From NCBI GenBank assembly GCA_944332475.1, contig CALVKA010000002.1:449-64448 (forward strand): a stretch of 64,000 bases of DNA, read 5' to 3'. Below, piece after piece: positions 29,074 to 37,399 of this stretch. The notes under the pieces are model-generated. The model did no database searches. It saw only the letters and a program-made list of their open reading frames with translations, and had not been told where the DNA came from. The DNA comes from an uncultured Bacilli bacterium. GTDB taxonomy: Bacteria > Bacillota_I > Bacilli_A > RF39 > UBA660. The position numbers and the translations under genes are program-made. Position 1 is the first letter of the stretch. Each line of letters opens with the position of its first letter.

Positions 29074-30261
29074 CTACAAATGATTTTCGACTCTTTGCTT
29101 TGCCGCAATACATACTCTGCTATTATTATTTTCTTTAGCAATTAATTTAAGAAACTCATATCGTTTTTTACTTAACCAAATAGTATTAAAATCTTGTTTT
29201 AACACATTACCCAAACAATAACTTTTTATAAATGGGCAACAATATACATCCCCATTATAATCAATAGTACATTTACCTATACCCGCCGAACACTTCCAAT
29301 GTTCAGTTTGCAAAAATTCTTTTTCACCATTATCCAATAAATACACCTTGCTATTACAATTCTCATCTGGCATATCTGCGTATAAAAGTCTTTGACCTTT
29401 ATCTATTTTTTTTACTTCCTTTTTTAAATTATCCATAAAATAATCATGCTGTTTTTGTGTAAGTTTCATACTAGATGTAGCATTTCCAGAATCGATTAAA
29501 TTAGATATTTGTATTTTATATACACCTATCCTACATAATAAGCCATATAATTGAGGAAGTTCCTGATAATTAAGAACTGAAAGCACCGAATTAGTAGTAA
29601 CTCTATATCCCTTAGAAACTATTAATTTTATATTTTGAATCGTTTTTTTAAAACTACCATTTCCTCTTATGATATCGTGATCTTTTTCCATACCATCAAT
29701 ACTTATAAAGAAATCTAATTTTTCGACTGGCAAGTATCCTAAAATCTTAACTAGTTTTTTTTCAAAAGTGTCCAATAATAAAGCATTAGTGAAAATATTA
29801 ACCTTAATATCATTTTGTATTAACAAGGCAACTATCTTAGGAAGCGAAGATACTAGTAATGCTTCTCCCCCAGTAACAGTAACTTCCATAACGTTACTAT
29901 TTATTAAACTACTGGTAATTTTTTTTAATTCTTTTTCACTAAGCTCTTTATTATCTAGTCTTCCTAAATAACAATGCTTACATTTCAAATTACATTTATT
30001 TGTAATTTTCCACTGTACTTTTAAAGGAAAATCCAAATTTACATTATTATCATAATATTCTATTTCTTCGATTTCTTTTTTTAATTTTTTTAGTTCTCTA
30101 TTTAAGTTAAATCTGCTCATATGTAGTTCTTTAGCAGCTTTTGAAAAATCAGTAGTAGTATAATATGAATTAATTATATCAAAAGTATACTCATTAACTA
30201 CATAATATTTATTATTAATATTAATAATAAAGCGATCATCATCAATTTTCCTTTTTTTCAT
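29074..30261 (-). CDS. radical SAM peptide-modifying enzyme with truncated (Twitch-like) auxiliary-cluster domain and possible N-terminal RRE
   Basis: 395 aa. CNLKCKHCY (CX3CX2C). C-terminal CSAGIGKCTIDYNGDVYCCPF, but no CX2CX5CX3C block. An N-terminal segment of about 70 aa precedes the rSAM core. Confidence 0.75.
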   Translation of the reverse strand: MKKRKIDDDRFIININNKYYVVNEYTFDIINSYYTTTDFSKAAKELHMSRFNLNRELKKLKKEIEEIEYYDNNVNLDFPLKVQWKITNKCNLKCKHCYLGRLDNKELSEKELKKITSSLINSNVMEVTVTGGEALLVSSLPKIVALLIQNDIKVNIFTNALLLDTFEKKLVKILGYLPVEKLDFFISIDGMEKDHDIIRGNGSFKKTIQNIKLIVSKGYRVTTNSVLSVLNYQELPQLYGLLCRIGVYKIQISNLIDSGNATSSMKLTQKQHDYFMDNLKKEVKKIDKGQRLLYADMPDENCNSKVYLLDNGEKEFLQTEHWKCSAGIGKCTIDYNGDVYCCPFIKSYCLGNVLKQDFNTIWLSKKRYEFLKLIAKENNNSRVCIAAKQRVENHL

Positions 30262-31519
30262 ACACAGCTTCTCCTATAATTCCATCTATATACAATGTAC
30301 AAAGAAAATCCCTAATATTTTCAATTCTATCAAATTTTGCTTCCAACTCGCCGCCAGTTTTATTTCCATCACAATCTAACAAAATTTTATAACCATTTTT
30401 ATCCACCTTCCTAAGTGGAACTTTAATAATCAAAAAATCCTGCTTTTCTCTACGAATTTTCCCACATTTTAAAATCAGCTTTTTATGTTTTATATTCTGC
30501 CAAGTTTTTTTTAATATACTAATTAGCAAAGCATCACACGAATTATCAAAAAACAAAAAATTCCCTTCAGCATGACACCCACCCTTACAACGTTCAAAAT
30601 CTTTACATAATCTACAAAGATTAGGTAACCAGTCAAATTTCTTATATGTTTTTAAATATTGAGAACTGGAAATCTGACTAAAATTTTTTTTAAAAGCATT
30701 ACCTAATACATAATTTGATGAAGGGCATATTTTGACATCTCCATTAGGTTCAATACTAAAAAGTGATATACCAGCCCCACAACTATGGCATAAGTATCTA
30801 TATCTAGCATTACATGAACATGCAGAAATACAATTACTTATTGAAATATATTGATATTTTTTGCTTAATTCATCAATACTTTTTAAATATAAATCAGGAT
30901 CTATAATCTGATCATTTGATGCAGCTCCTAAATAATTTAATCTACCAAAAGATAACTTAATATTTCTTTTCTTTGCAAACTTTACAATAAAAGCTAAATT
31001 ATCAAAATCAATATTATCTTTAGTTAAAGTACAATTAATATTAAGATTAATTTGAGGATATTTTAGTATTATTTTATCAATATTATCTTTTAACACTTTA
31101 AACACACCAGGCACGCCACAAAGTTTATCATGTATTTCAGGATTACCATGTAACGATATACCAACCGTATTAACATAATTCAAAATTGCTTCGTTTTTAA
31201 ATAAATCTATACCGTTTGTTATTAAGGTTTGTTCAAAACCTAGAGAATATCCATATTTCAACAATTCCAAAATGTATGGATAAGTCAAAGGCTCTCCACC
31301 TGTATAATTAATAGAAATAACTCCCATTTTTTTAAACTCACGTAATAATTTTTTTGCTTCTTCAAAATCCATATTAATTCTTTTAGAGTCTGATTGTGAA
31401 CAAAACGAACAATTTAAATTACAACAACCAGTAACTTTAAAATAAACTATAATAGGCGTTTCAAGGGTATCTAAATTATATTTAACATTAAGATTAACAG
31501 ATTTCAAAAAAGTTTTCAT
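30242..31519 (-). CDS. radical SAM/SPASM peptide-modifying enzyme with C-terminal PqqD-like extension
   Basis: CNLNCSFC (CX3CX2C) near the N-terminus. Full SPASM block CHSCGAGISLFSIEPNGDVKICP...CRLCKDFERCKGGC. A tail of about 95 aa (ILLDCDGNKTGGELEAKF...FLCTLYIDGII) follows. Start placed at ATG 31519 rather than the track's TTG 31543. Confidence 0.8.
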   Translation of the reverse strand: MKTFLKSVNLNVKYNLDTLETPIIVYFKVTGCCNLNCSFCSQSDSKRINMDFEEAKKLLREFKKMGVISINYTGGEPLTYPYILELLKYGYSLGFEQTLITNGIDLFKNEAILNYVNTVGISLHGNPEIHDKLCGVPGVFKVLKDNIDKIILKYPQINLNINCTLTKDNIDFDNLAFIVKFAKKRNIKLSFGRLNYLGAASNDQIIDPDLYLKSIDELSKKYQYISISNCISACSCNARYRYLCHSCGAGISLFSIEPNGDVKICPSSNYVLGNAFKKNFSQISSSQYLKTYKKFDWLPNLCRLCKDFERCKGGCHAEGNFLFFDNSCDALLISILKKTWQNIKHKKLILKCGKIRREKQDFLIIKVPLRKVDKNGYKILLDCDGNKTGGELEAKFDRIENIRDFLCTLYIDGIIGEAVYEKKEN

Positions 31520-31523
31520 TCTT

Positions 31524-31631
31524 CTATTTTTCCTTTTTATCAATTAAAATAATTCTACATTGTGTCATATCAGGACGTAACTCTTTAATATAAAGTTTAT
31601 TTTTTGTCTTTCGAAAAAAAATTTTAAACAT
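31524..31631 (-). CDS. candidate 35-aa small ORF translationally coupled to the SPASM gene
   Basis: GAGGTGG plus a 5-nt spacer, then ATG at 31631. Product: MFKIFFRKTKNKLYIKELRPDMTQCRIILIDKKEK. The TAG stop lies 4 nt before the rSAM ATG. Below the track's size cut-off. Confidence 0.35.
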   Translation of the reverse strand: MFKIFFRKTKNKLYIKELRPDMTQCRIILIDKKEK

Positions 31632-31673
31632 TCAAACCACCTCAAAAATAAAATAATATCTCTTTATTTATGT

Positions 31674-31700
31674 AGTATAATATTTTTAAGTATTTGTCAA
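31674..31700 (-). promoter_or_regulatory. putative promoter of the rSAM/precursor operon
   Basis: Minus strand reads TTGACA, 15 nt, TATACT. The spacer is shorter than optimal. Confidence 0.3.
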
Positions 31701-31758
31701 CCAAAAATCAATAATATAAATGAAAAGAACCCAAAATTTGAGTTCTTTTATTTTCTTA

Positions 31759-31833
31759 TGGAGCGGATGAGGGAAATCGAATCCCCGTCACAGCCTTGGC
31801 AAGGCCGTATTCTAACCACTAAACTACATCCGC
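31759..31833 (-). tRNA. tRNA-Gly(GCC): tRNA-Gly (anticodon GCC)
   Basis: Acceptor GCGGATG/CATCCGC, anticodon loop TT-GCC-AA, encoded CCA. Confidence 0.85.
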
Positions 31834-31836
31834 AAA

Positions 31837-31910
31837 TGGAGGGGCCTACCGGATTTGAACCGGTGATCAGGGTGTTGCAGACCCACGCCTTACCACTTGG
31901 CTAAAGCCCC
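31837..31910 (-). tRNA. tRNA-Cys(GCA): tRNA-Cys (anticodon GCA)
   Basis: Acceptor GGGGCTT.../...AGGCCCC, anticodon loop CT-GCA-AC, encoded CCA. Confidence 0.8.
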
Positions 31911-31995
31911 ACTCGCACTTATGATTATACCAAAGGTGTTTTAAAATTTCAACAATATTTTATCTTTTTTCTAACATATGAAAAAAGAACGGAAT

Positions 31996-33243
31996 TTATT
32001 CCGCTCTTATAAAATGATAAATATTTTGAGAATTATAAATAAATTCAGGATTACTTAAAATAGGTTTTAACCCATAAACATCCGTATAAAGATACAATGT
32101 ATCACCAACAATGAAACTAACTCCATCATCATGAACTTGCCACTCTTTAATATCATCAAATTGACATAACAAAATAGAATGTTCATAATCTTCTTCAATG
32201 ACACGATAAATACTTCCATCATCTGTCATAAAGTAATAATCATCACGATTTTTCTTAATATCTGTCGTATCATATAGTTTGGTAATTTCTTTATTAGAAG
32301 TAAGCAAAGAATCAACTTTAGGAGAACGGAAGAAATCAGTACCAGCCTCTTTTAATTTAGAATCAGAAACCTCATAAACCGTATCACTCTCTGTAAACTC
32401 CTTGCGAGCAGGATCTAAAACATATTGTTTTTCTTCTTTGGGATCCGCAACATATAACAAGCCATCATGAACACCATTAAAATAAGAATCCTGAGAAATA
32501 TTAATATCTACAACCGTTTTTCCCCCATCTGCTAAATTATAAACAATAAGTTGATAATAATTCAATTGATCTTGTTCATCATCGGTATTAACTGTAACAT
32601 AGTATTTATCAACAACAGTAGACAAATTATTTTCATAATGATCAAAATTCAAAAATTGTTTTTCCTCAATACCATCTGAATTTACAATATAAATTCCTTT
32701 ATAATTCCAAATTGCAAAAATATAATTTTTTGGAAGAAAGTCATAATAAATAGAAAGATTGTTTTCCTTATCAGGAGTCGCACTTAAATCATAATAAATA
32801 TCTTTATATCCTTCTTCAGAAAACTTTTTCGAAATATAAGAAAAATCCTCATTACTTTGCGATGCTAAATAAAAACTACTAACTTGTTCTCCGTCTAGTA
32901 AACAAGAAACATCATAAGCATGATCTCGTTTATAAATAGGAAAAATACATTCCAAATTATTTCTTTTATAATATTTAATGTCAGTAATCACTCGATCCTG
33001 TTTATCAAAATCTTCTTCGACTTCAAATAAATATCTTTTTTTCTTATTCTGATTTAAAACGGAGAAAGTATAATAATGACGATCTCCTTCTTTTTTATAG
33101 TTCTCAGAAATTGTATAATGCTTCTGATCATTAGCAATCAAAGAATATGTAATTTCATGTTCCGTAATAAAAAATATAACAATAAATTGATAACAAAAAG
33201 CAACAAAAGCAAGTAACACTAATATTGGCAAAATTTTCTTCAT
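31996..33243 (-). CDS. membrane-anchored hypothetical protein (single N-terminal TM, large extracytoplasmic domain)
   Basis: 415 aa. N-terminal hydrophobic helix, Tyr/Asp-rich repetitive beta-like body. No motif recognised. Confidence 0.5.
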   Translation of the reverse strand: MKKILPILVLLAFVAFCYQFIVIFFITEHEITYSLIANDQKHYTISENYKKEGDRHYYTFSVLNQNKKKRYLFEVEEDFDKQDRVITDIKYYKRNNLECIFPIYKRDHAYDVSCLLDGEQVSSFYLASQSNEDFSYISKKFSEEGYKDIYYDLSATPDKENNLSIYYDFLPKNYIFAIWNYKGIYIVNSDGIEEKQFLNFDHYENNLSTVVDKYYVTVNTDDEQDQLNYYQLIVYNLADGGKTVVDINISQDSYFNGVHDGLLYVADPKEEKQYVLDPARKEFTESDTVYEVSDSKLKEAGTDFFRSPKVDSLLTSNKEITKLYDTTDIKKNRDDYYFMTDDGSIYRVIEEDYEHSILLCQFDDIKEWQVHDDGVSFIVGDTLYLYTDVYGLKPILSNPEFIYNSQNIYHFIRAE

Positions 33244-33291
33244 CTTATCACCTACTATTACAGTATATCAAAAAAAAAGAAGGAAAAAAAG

Positions 33292-33738
33292 TTATTTTTG
33301 ACCTTCCCTAGTAACACCATACTTCTTTTTCTCTTCCATCATATAACCAGAAATAGCATTTTCTATCTCATCCAAAGAATCTTTAGCAAGATGAGATATA
33401 ATAACAAATTCTTTAATAGTATCAATATATATTTTACCCCAGATAACACCACTAGTTATCTTTAAATCATTAAACATATCAGGAGTAATAGAATTTAAAA
33501 AATATCCAATAACAACTCTTTTACGCCCAATTAAAATTCTCTTATTCGTAATAGCTACAACAGCACTACTCCATAAATTAAATGGATTATTATTTTTTTG
33601 TCCAATAAAAGCATATAGTACCTGTTCATCTGAATTAATATGATGATCAACAACAGAAGCATTCTGTTTGATTCTCCACCCGATAGTCATTGGATGTTTC
33701 CTCTTATATTCTAAAGCAAATTCATAAGCACTTTTCAT
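33292..33738 (-). CDS. bacterial PH-domain (YokE-like) protein
   Basis: 148 aa. EQVLYAFIGQ...AVVAITNKRILIG pattern. Confidence 0.5.
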   Translation of the reverse strand: MKSAYEFALEYKRKHPMTIGWRIKQNASVVDHHINSDEQVLYAFIGQKNNNPFNLWSSAVVAITNKRILIGRKRVVIGYFLNSITPDMFNDLKITSGVIWGKIYIDTIKEFVIISHLAKDSLDEIENAISGYMMEEKKKYGVTREGQK

Positions 33739-33749
33739 AACACTCTCAC

Positions 33750-34325
33750 CTATCCCTCAATAAATCCATTATCAGTAAAGAAATCGACGTAAGTAGCGGT
33801 ATCAACTAAACCATTAATCATATCAACAACTTCACCATCAGAAACCACAATCAATAGTGGCGTACCATAGCCATTACTAAAGAAATCATCAGACTCTAAT
33901 AATTTACTATTATCATCATCATCCATTTCATCAACATTCACATTATAGATAGTAAAATCATATTGATAAGAAATATGACGTAAAATTGGTTCTGCAATTT
34001 GACAAAATCCACAAGTAGGTCTTGAGAATAATACAACAGCATTCTCACTCCCATTATATAAATCTAAATATTGGTCTGTATCAATTTCTTCAAAAGCTTT
34101 TTGTTCATCTTCTGAAACACTATCACTTTCTTCTTGAGCTCTAGCAATTAGCTGATCAGCCTCACTATCAGAATCATCAGTTGTCTCTGTCGTACTATCT
34201 GTAGTAGAATTCTTTCCCGCACCAGAAGTAACAGCAGAGGAAGCAAAATAACATAATGCACAAAGTAAAAGAATAACAATAGTAATACATAGACCAATCA
34301 AAATCTTCTTCGTTCTTTCGCTCAT
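33750..34325 (-). CDS. membrane-anchored thioredoxin-fold protein
   Basis: 191 aa. N-terminal TM, acidic Ser/Asp/Glu linker, CxxC motif TCGFCQ, then a thioredoxin-like GTPLLIV stretch. Confidence 0.65.
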   Translation of the reverse strand: MSERTKKILIGLCITIVILLLCALCYFASSAVTSGAGKNSTTDSTTETTDDSDSEADQLIARAQEESDSVSEDEQKAFEEIDTDQYLDLYNGSENAVVLFSRPTCGFCQIAEPILRHISYQYDFTIYNVNVDEMDDDDNSKLLESDDFFSNGYGTPLLIVVSDGEVVDMINGLVDTATYVDFFTDNGFIEG

Positions 34326-34399
34326 ATGATAACTCCTTCCATCACTAATAACAATTATAACATACTTTAATCACAATTCTATGAATTTTCACAAATAAA

Positions 34400-34429
34400 T
34401 TGTCGAAAGAAAAAAATATTTTTTATAAT
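34400..34429 (+). promoter_or_regulatory. putative sigma-A promoter of the activase/DUF2229 operon
   Basis: TTGTCG, 18 nt, TATAAT about 30 nt upstream of the SD. Confidence 0.4.
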
Positions 34430-34463
34430 TCATATACATAAATTGAAATAAGGAAGTGATATC

Positions 34464-35390
34464 ATCAAAACAAAAATAGGAATACCAAGAGCTTTACTTT
34501 ATTATTATGACAAAGATCTATGGATTGAATTTTTCAAAAAACTAAATTTACAAATAATAATCAGCAATCCTACTACAAAGAAAACAATAGAAGAAGGAAC
34601 AAAAATTGCCCCCACTGAAGCTTGTCTAGCATTAAAAATATACTTAGGACACATCATAGAACTAAAAGGAAAATGTGACTACATTCTAATACCAAGAATC
34701 TTTTCCTTAGAAAAACACAATCAAGTCTGTACTAATTTTAATGCCTTATTCGATTTAGTAAACAATCTTTTTGAAATGGACATTCTAAACTACAACGTCG
34801 ATGTATCAGCCAAAAACTATCAAGTACTGGCCTTTTTAAAAATGGGAGAACAACTAGGATTTTCTTACATAAAAACATATACAGCGTATAAATATGCAGA
34901 AAAAATAAAGAACATGAAAAGGAAAAAACAAGAACAAGAGCAACAGTCTCTATTAAAAAAACAAAATATTAAAATACTATTAGCTGGACATCCATATAAC
35001 TTATATGACAATTTAATTGGTAAAGTGGTAACTGACTTCCTAAAAGAAAATAATATTACTATCTTTTACAGTAACAAAATAGACCACACAAAAGTAAAAG
35101 AAGAATATCAAAAAATTGCTCCTGATATGCATTGGACCCATAATAAAGAAATTGTAGCCAGTACAAAATATTATGAAGATTATGTAGATGGAATTATACT
35201 AATATCATCCTTTCCCTGTGGACCAGATTCCCTAATGAATGAACAAATTGCTCATAAAATTAAAAAGATACCATTAATAACACTAATCTTCGAAGACTTG
35301 AATAATGAAACAGGAATCATTACTAGACTAGAAAGCTTTATCGATATCCTAACCAATTTAAAGGAGGAAAAAAATGGACAAAATAATTAG
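34464..35390 (+). CDS. 2-hydroxyacyl-CoA dehydratase-related / DUF2229-type protein, apparent non-ATG (ATC) start
   Basis: The frame is open from the TAA at 34449-34451. The family-typical N-terminus KIGIPRALLYYY..LW..FF..L lies upstream of the track's first Met (34776). SD AAGGAAGTGA, then ATC ATC. No in-frame ATG/GTG/TTG before 34776. Confidence 0.65.
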   Translation: MKTKIGIPRALLYYYDKDLWIEFFKKLNLQIIISNPTTKKTIEEGTKIAPTEACLALKIYLGHIIELKGKCDYILIPRIFSLEKHNQVCTNFNALFDLVNNLFEMDILNYNVDVSAKNYQVLAFLKMGEQLGFSYIKTYTAYKYAEKIKNMKRKKQEQEQQSLLKKQNIKILLAGHPYNLYDNLIGKVVTDFLKENNITIFYSNKIDHTKVKEEYQKIAPDMHWTHNKEIVASTKYYEDYVDGIILISSFPCGPDSLMNEQIAHKIKKIPLITLIFEDLNNETGIITRLESFIDILTNLKEEKNGQNN

Positions 35391-36462
35391 TTTTCCTCAT
35401 GTAGGGAATTACTACTACCCTATTTCTAAATTACTAAAGTTATTGACAGATGCCAAAGTACAGATAGCCCCACCCATCACAAAAAAAACATTAGAAATAG
35501 GTACAAAATATGCACCAGATATGGTATGCATTCCCTTCAAATATAACCTAGGAAATTTTATAGAAAGCCTAGATAACGGAGCTAATGTCTTATTCACCGC
35601 AGGTGGTGGCTGTCGTTACAGATATTATGCTGAAGTAACAGAAACAATATTAAAAGATTTAGGATACGATTTTGAATTTTATAAAATAATGAAAACAGAT
35701 ACTCTCAAAATAAATGAAGTATACACAATTTTCAAAAATATAAATCAAACTTTAACATACAAAAAATTCATTCACAGCTTTTTATATACAATCATTTTTA
35801 TTTTCTATATGGATGAAATAGATAAAATAATAAGAAAAAATGTAGGTTTTGAAACAATAGAAGGAAGCCATCAAAAACTTCAAAAGAAAATGTTACAAGA
35901 ATTCCATAATACAAACTCTATTTTAAAACTTCATCATTTGTACAAAAAATATAAAAAGAAATTTAAAAAAATAGAAATAAATAAACCAAAAAATTGCTTA
36001 AAAGTAGGAATTATAGGAGAATTATACACCAATATGGAACCTTTCGCTAATTATGACTTAGAAAAAACACTAGCCAAAGAAAAAGTAGAAATCAAGCGAT
36101 TTACTAATTTTTCATACTTAATATGGCAAAAAAAATTATGGATACGACATATGAGAAAAGTAGTCAAACCCTACTGTAAATATAAATTAGGTGCAGATGG
36201 ACTAGATAATATTTATCGAACTCTTTATTTATCAAAAAGAAAATGTGATGGAATCATTCATATCAAACCATTCGGATGTACTCCAGAAATAACAGCAATA
36301 CCTATTATTCAAAAAATTTGTGAACAAAAACAAATGCCAATTATATTTTTTTCATATGATGAAGAATCTGGTACAGAAGGCATTAAAACAAGATTAGAAG
36401 CCTTTCAAGATTTAATAACAATTAGGAGGGAAAATGAAGAAAAAAGCATATCTAGGAATTGA
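35374..36462 (+). CDS. DUF2229 / CoA-enzyme-activase-associated domain protein
   Basis: 362 aa. FPHVGNYY....K.L......V..PP.T.KT.E.G.KYAPD.VCIPFK....GGGCRYRYY pattern. Overlaps the upstream gene by 17 nt. Confidence 0.65.
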   Translation: MDKIISFPHVGNYYYPISKLLKLLTDAKVQIAPPITKKTLEIGTKYAPDMVCIPFKYNLGNFIESLDNGANVLFTAGGGCRYRYYAEVTETILKDLGYDFEFYKIMKTDTLKINEVYTIFKNINQTLTYKKFIHSFLYTIIFIFYMDEIDKIIRKNVGFETIEGSHQKLQKKMLQEFHNTNSILKLHHLYKKYKKKFKKIEINKPKNCLKVGIIGELYTNMEPFANYDLEKTLAKEKVEIKRFTNFSYLIWQKKLWIRHMRKVVKPYCKYKLGADGLDNIYRTLYLSKRKCDGIIHIKPFGCTPEITAIPIIQKICEQKQMPIIFFSYDEESGTEGIKTRLEAFQDLITIRRENEEKSISRN

Positions 36463-37393
36463 TATTGGTTCTATTTCTACAAAAGGAGTCATTATTGATC
36501 AAGAAAACCAAATTCTAGCAAGTATCTACCTTTGGACAAAAGGAAATCCTCTGCAAGCAGTCAAAGAAGTGTTAAAGGAACTACAAAGCCAAATGCCCAA
36601 AGAATATCAAATTGTTGGTGTAGGAACAACCGGCTCAGCCAGAAAACTAATTGGAACTATTTTAGGAGCAAACATTATAAAAAATGAAATAACCGCTCAT
36701 GCCATTGGCACATTATCCAAATATCCAGATATAAGAACAATTATAGAAATTGGAGGACAAGACTCTAAAATTATCCTCATCAAAGATAAAATTGTTATCG
36801 ACTATGCTATGAACACATTATGTGCCGCTGGAACAGGAGCCTTTTTATCCAGTCAAGCCGAACGACTAGATATTCCTGTAGAAGAATTCGGAAGCATTGC
36901 TTTAAAAAGTAAAAACCCTACTCCTATTGCAGCAAGATGCACTGTATTTGCTGAAAGTGATTTAGTTCACAAGGCACAAATGGGGCATAAAAAAGAAGAC
37001 ATCGTAGCTGGTCTCTGTAAAAGTGTAGCGATGAACTACTTAAACAACGTAGGAAAAGGGAAAAAAATACAAGCCCCCATTATTTTTCAAGGAGGAGTTT
37101 CAAAAAATATCGGCGTAGTAAAAGCATTTGAAAATATTTTAGGAGAAAAAATTATAACAGATGAAAATGGTCATCTAATGGGTGCCTTAGGAGTTGCTAT
37201 CTTATCTAAAAAAGAACCCGAAATAAATTTTACGTTTCATATCATAGAAGATCATTTTAAAACAACTAGTACCAATTGTTCAGGATGTCCAAACAATTGT
37301 GAAATCATCTGTGTAAAAAAAGATAATAAATTATTAGATTCCTGGGGTAACCGCTGTGAAATAGGAAAAAACTTAGTAACAAAAAAAAGATAA
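36434..37393 (+). CDS. BadF/BadG/BcrA/BcrD-type ATPase (acyl-CoA dehydratase activase-like)
   Basis: 319 aa. LGIDIGSISTKGV, VGTTGSAR, EIGGQDSK and CAAGTGAF. C-terminal Cys cluster CSGCPNNCEIICV. Confidence 0.8.
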   Translation: MKKKAYLGIDIGSISTKGVIIDQENQILASIYLWTKGNPLQAVKEVLKELQSQMPKEYQIVGVGTTGSARKLIGTILGANIIKNEITAHAIGTLSKYPDIRTIIEIGGQDSKIILIKDKIVIDYAMNTLCAAGTGAFLSSQAERLDIPVEEFGSIALKSKNPTPIAARCTVFAESDLVHKAQMGHKKEDIVAGLCKSVAMNYLNNVGKGKKIQAPIIFQGGVSKNIGVVKAFENILGEKIITDENGHLMGALGVAILSKKEPEINFTFHIIEDHFKTTSTNCSGCPNNCEIICVKKDNKLLDSWGNRCEIGKNLVTKKR

Positions 37394-37399
37394 GATAAC

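Noticed and set aside
28917-29141. The full 74-aa track ORF as the precursor
   Set aside because: Its first 33 codons overlap the 3' end of the rSAM gene and have no SD. A near-perfect SD precedes the internal GTG at 29042, giving a 41-aa product.
31519-31543. TTG 31543 as the start of the SPASM enzyme
   Set aside because: There is no SD upstream, and it would overlap the SD-equipped sORF in another frame. ATG 31519 gives the usual short N-terminus before CX3CX2C. Still uncertain.
22841-31760. The island as an integrative mobile element at the tRNA-Gly 3' end
   Set aside because: I could find no integrase, recombinase or transposase gene. I also saw no duplicated tRNA 3' fragment or direct repeat at the distal border. 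Only composition and tRNA adjacency hint at horizontal origin.
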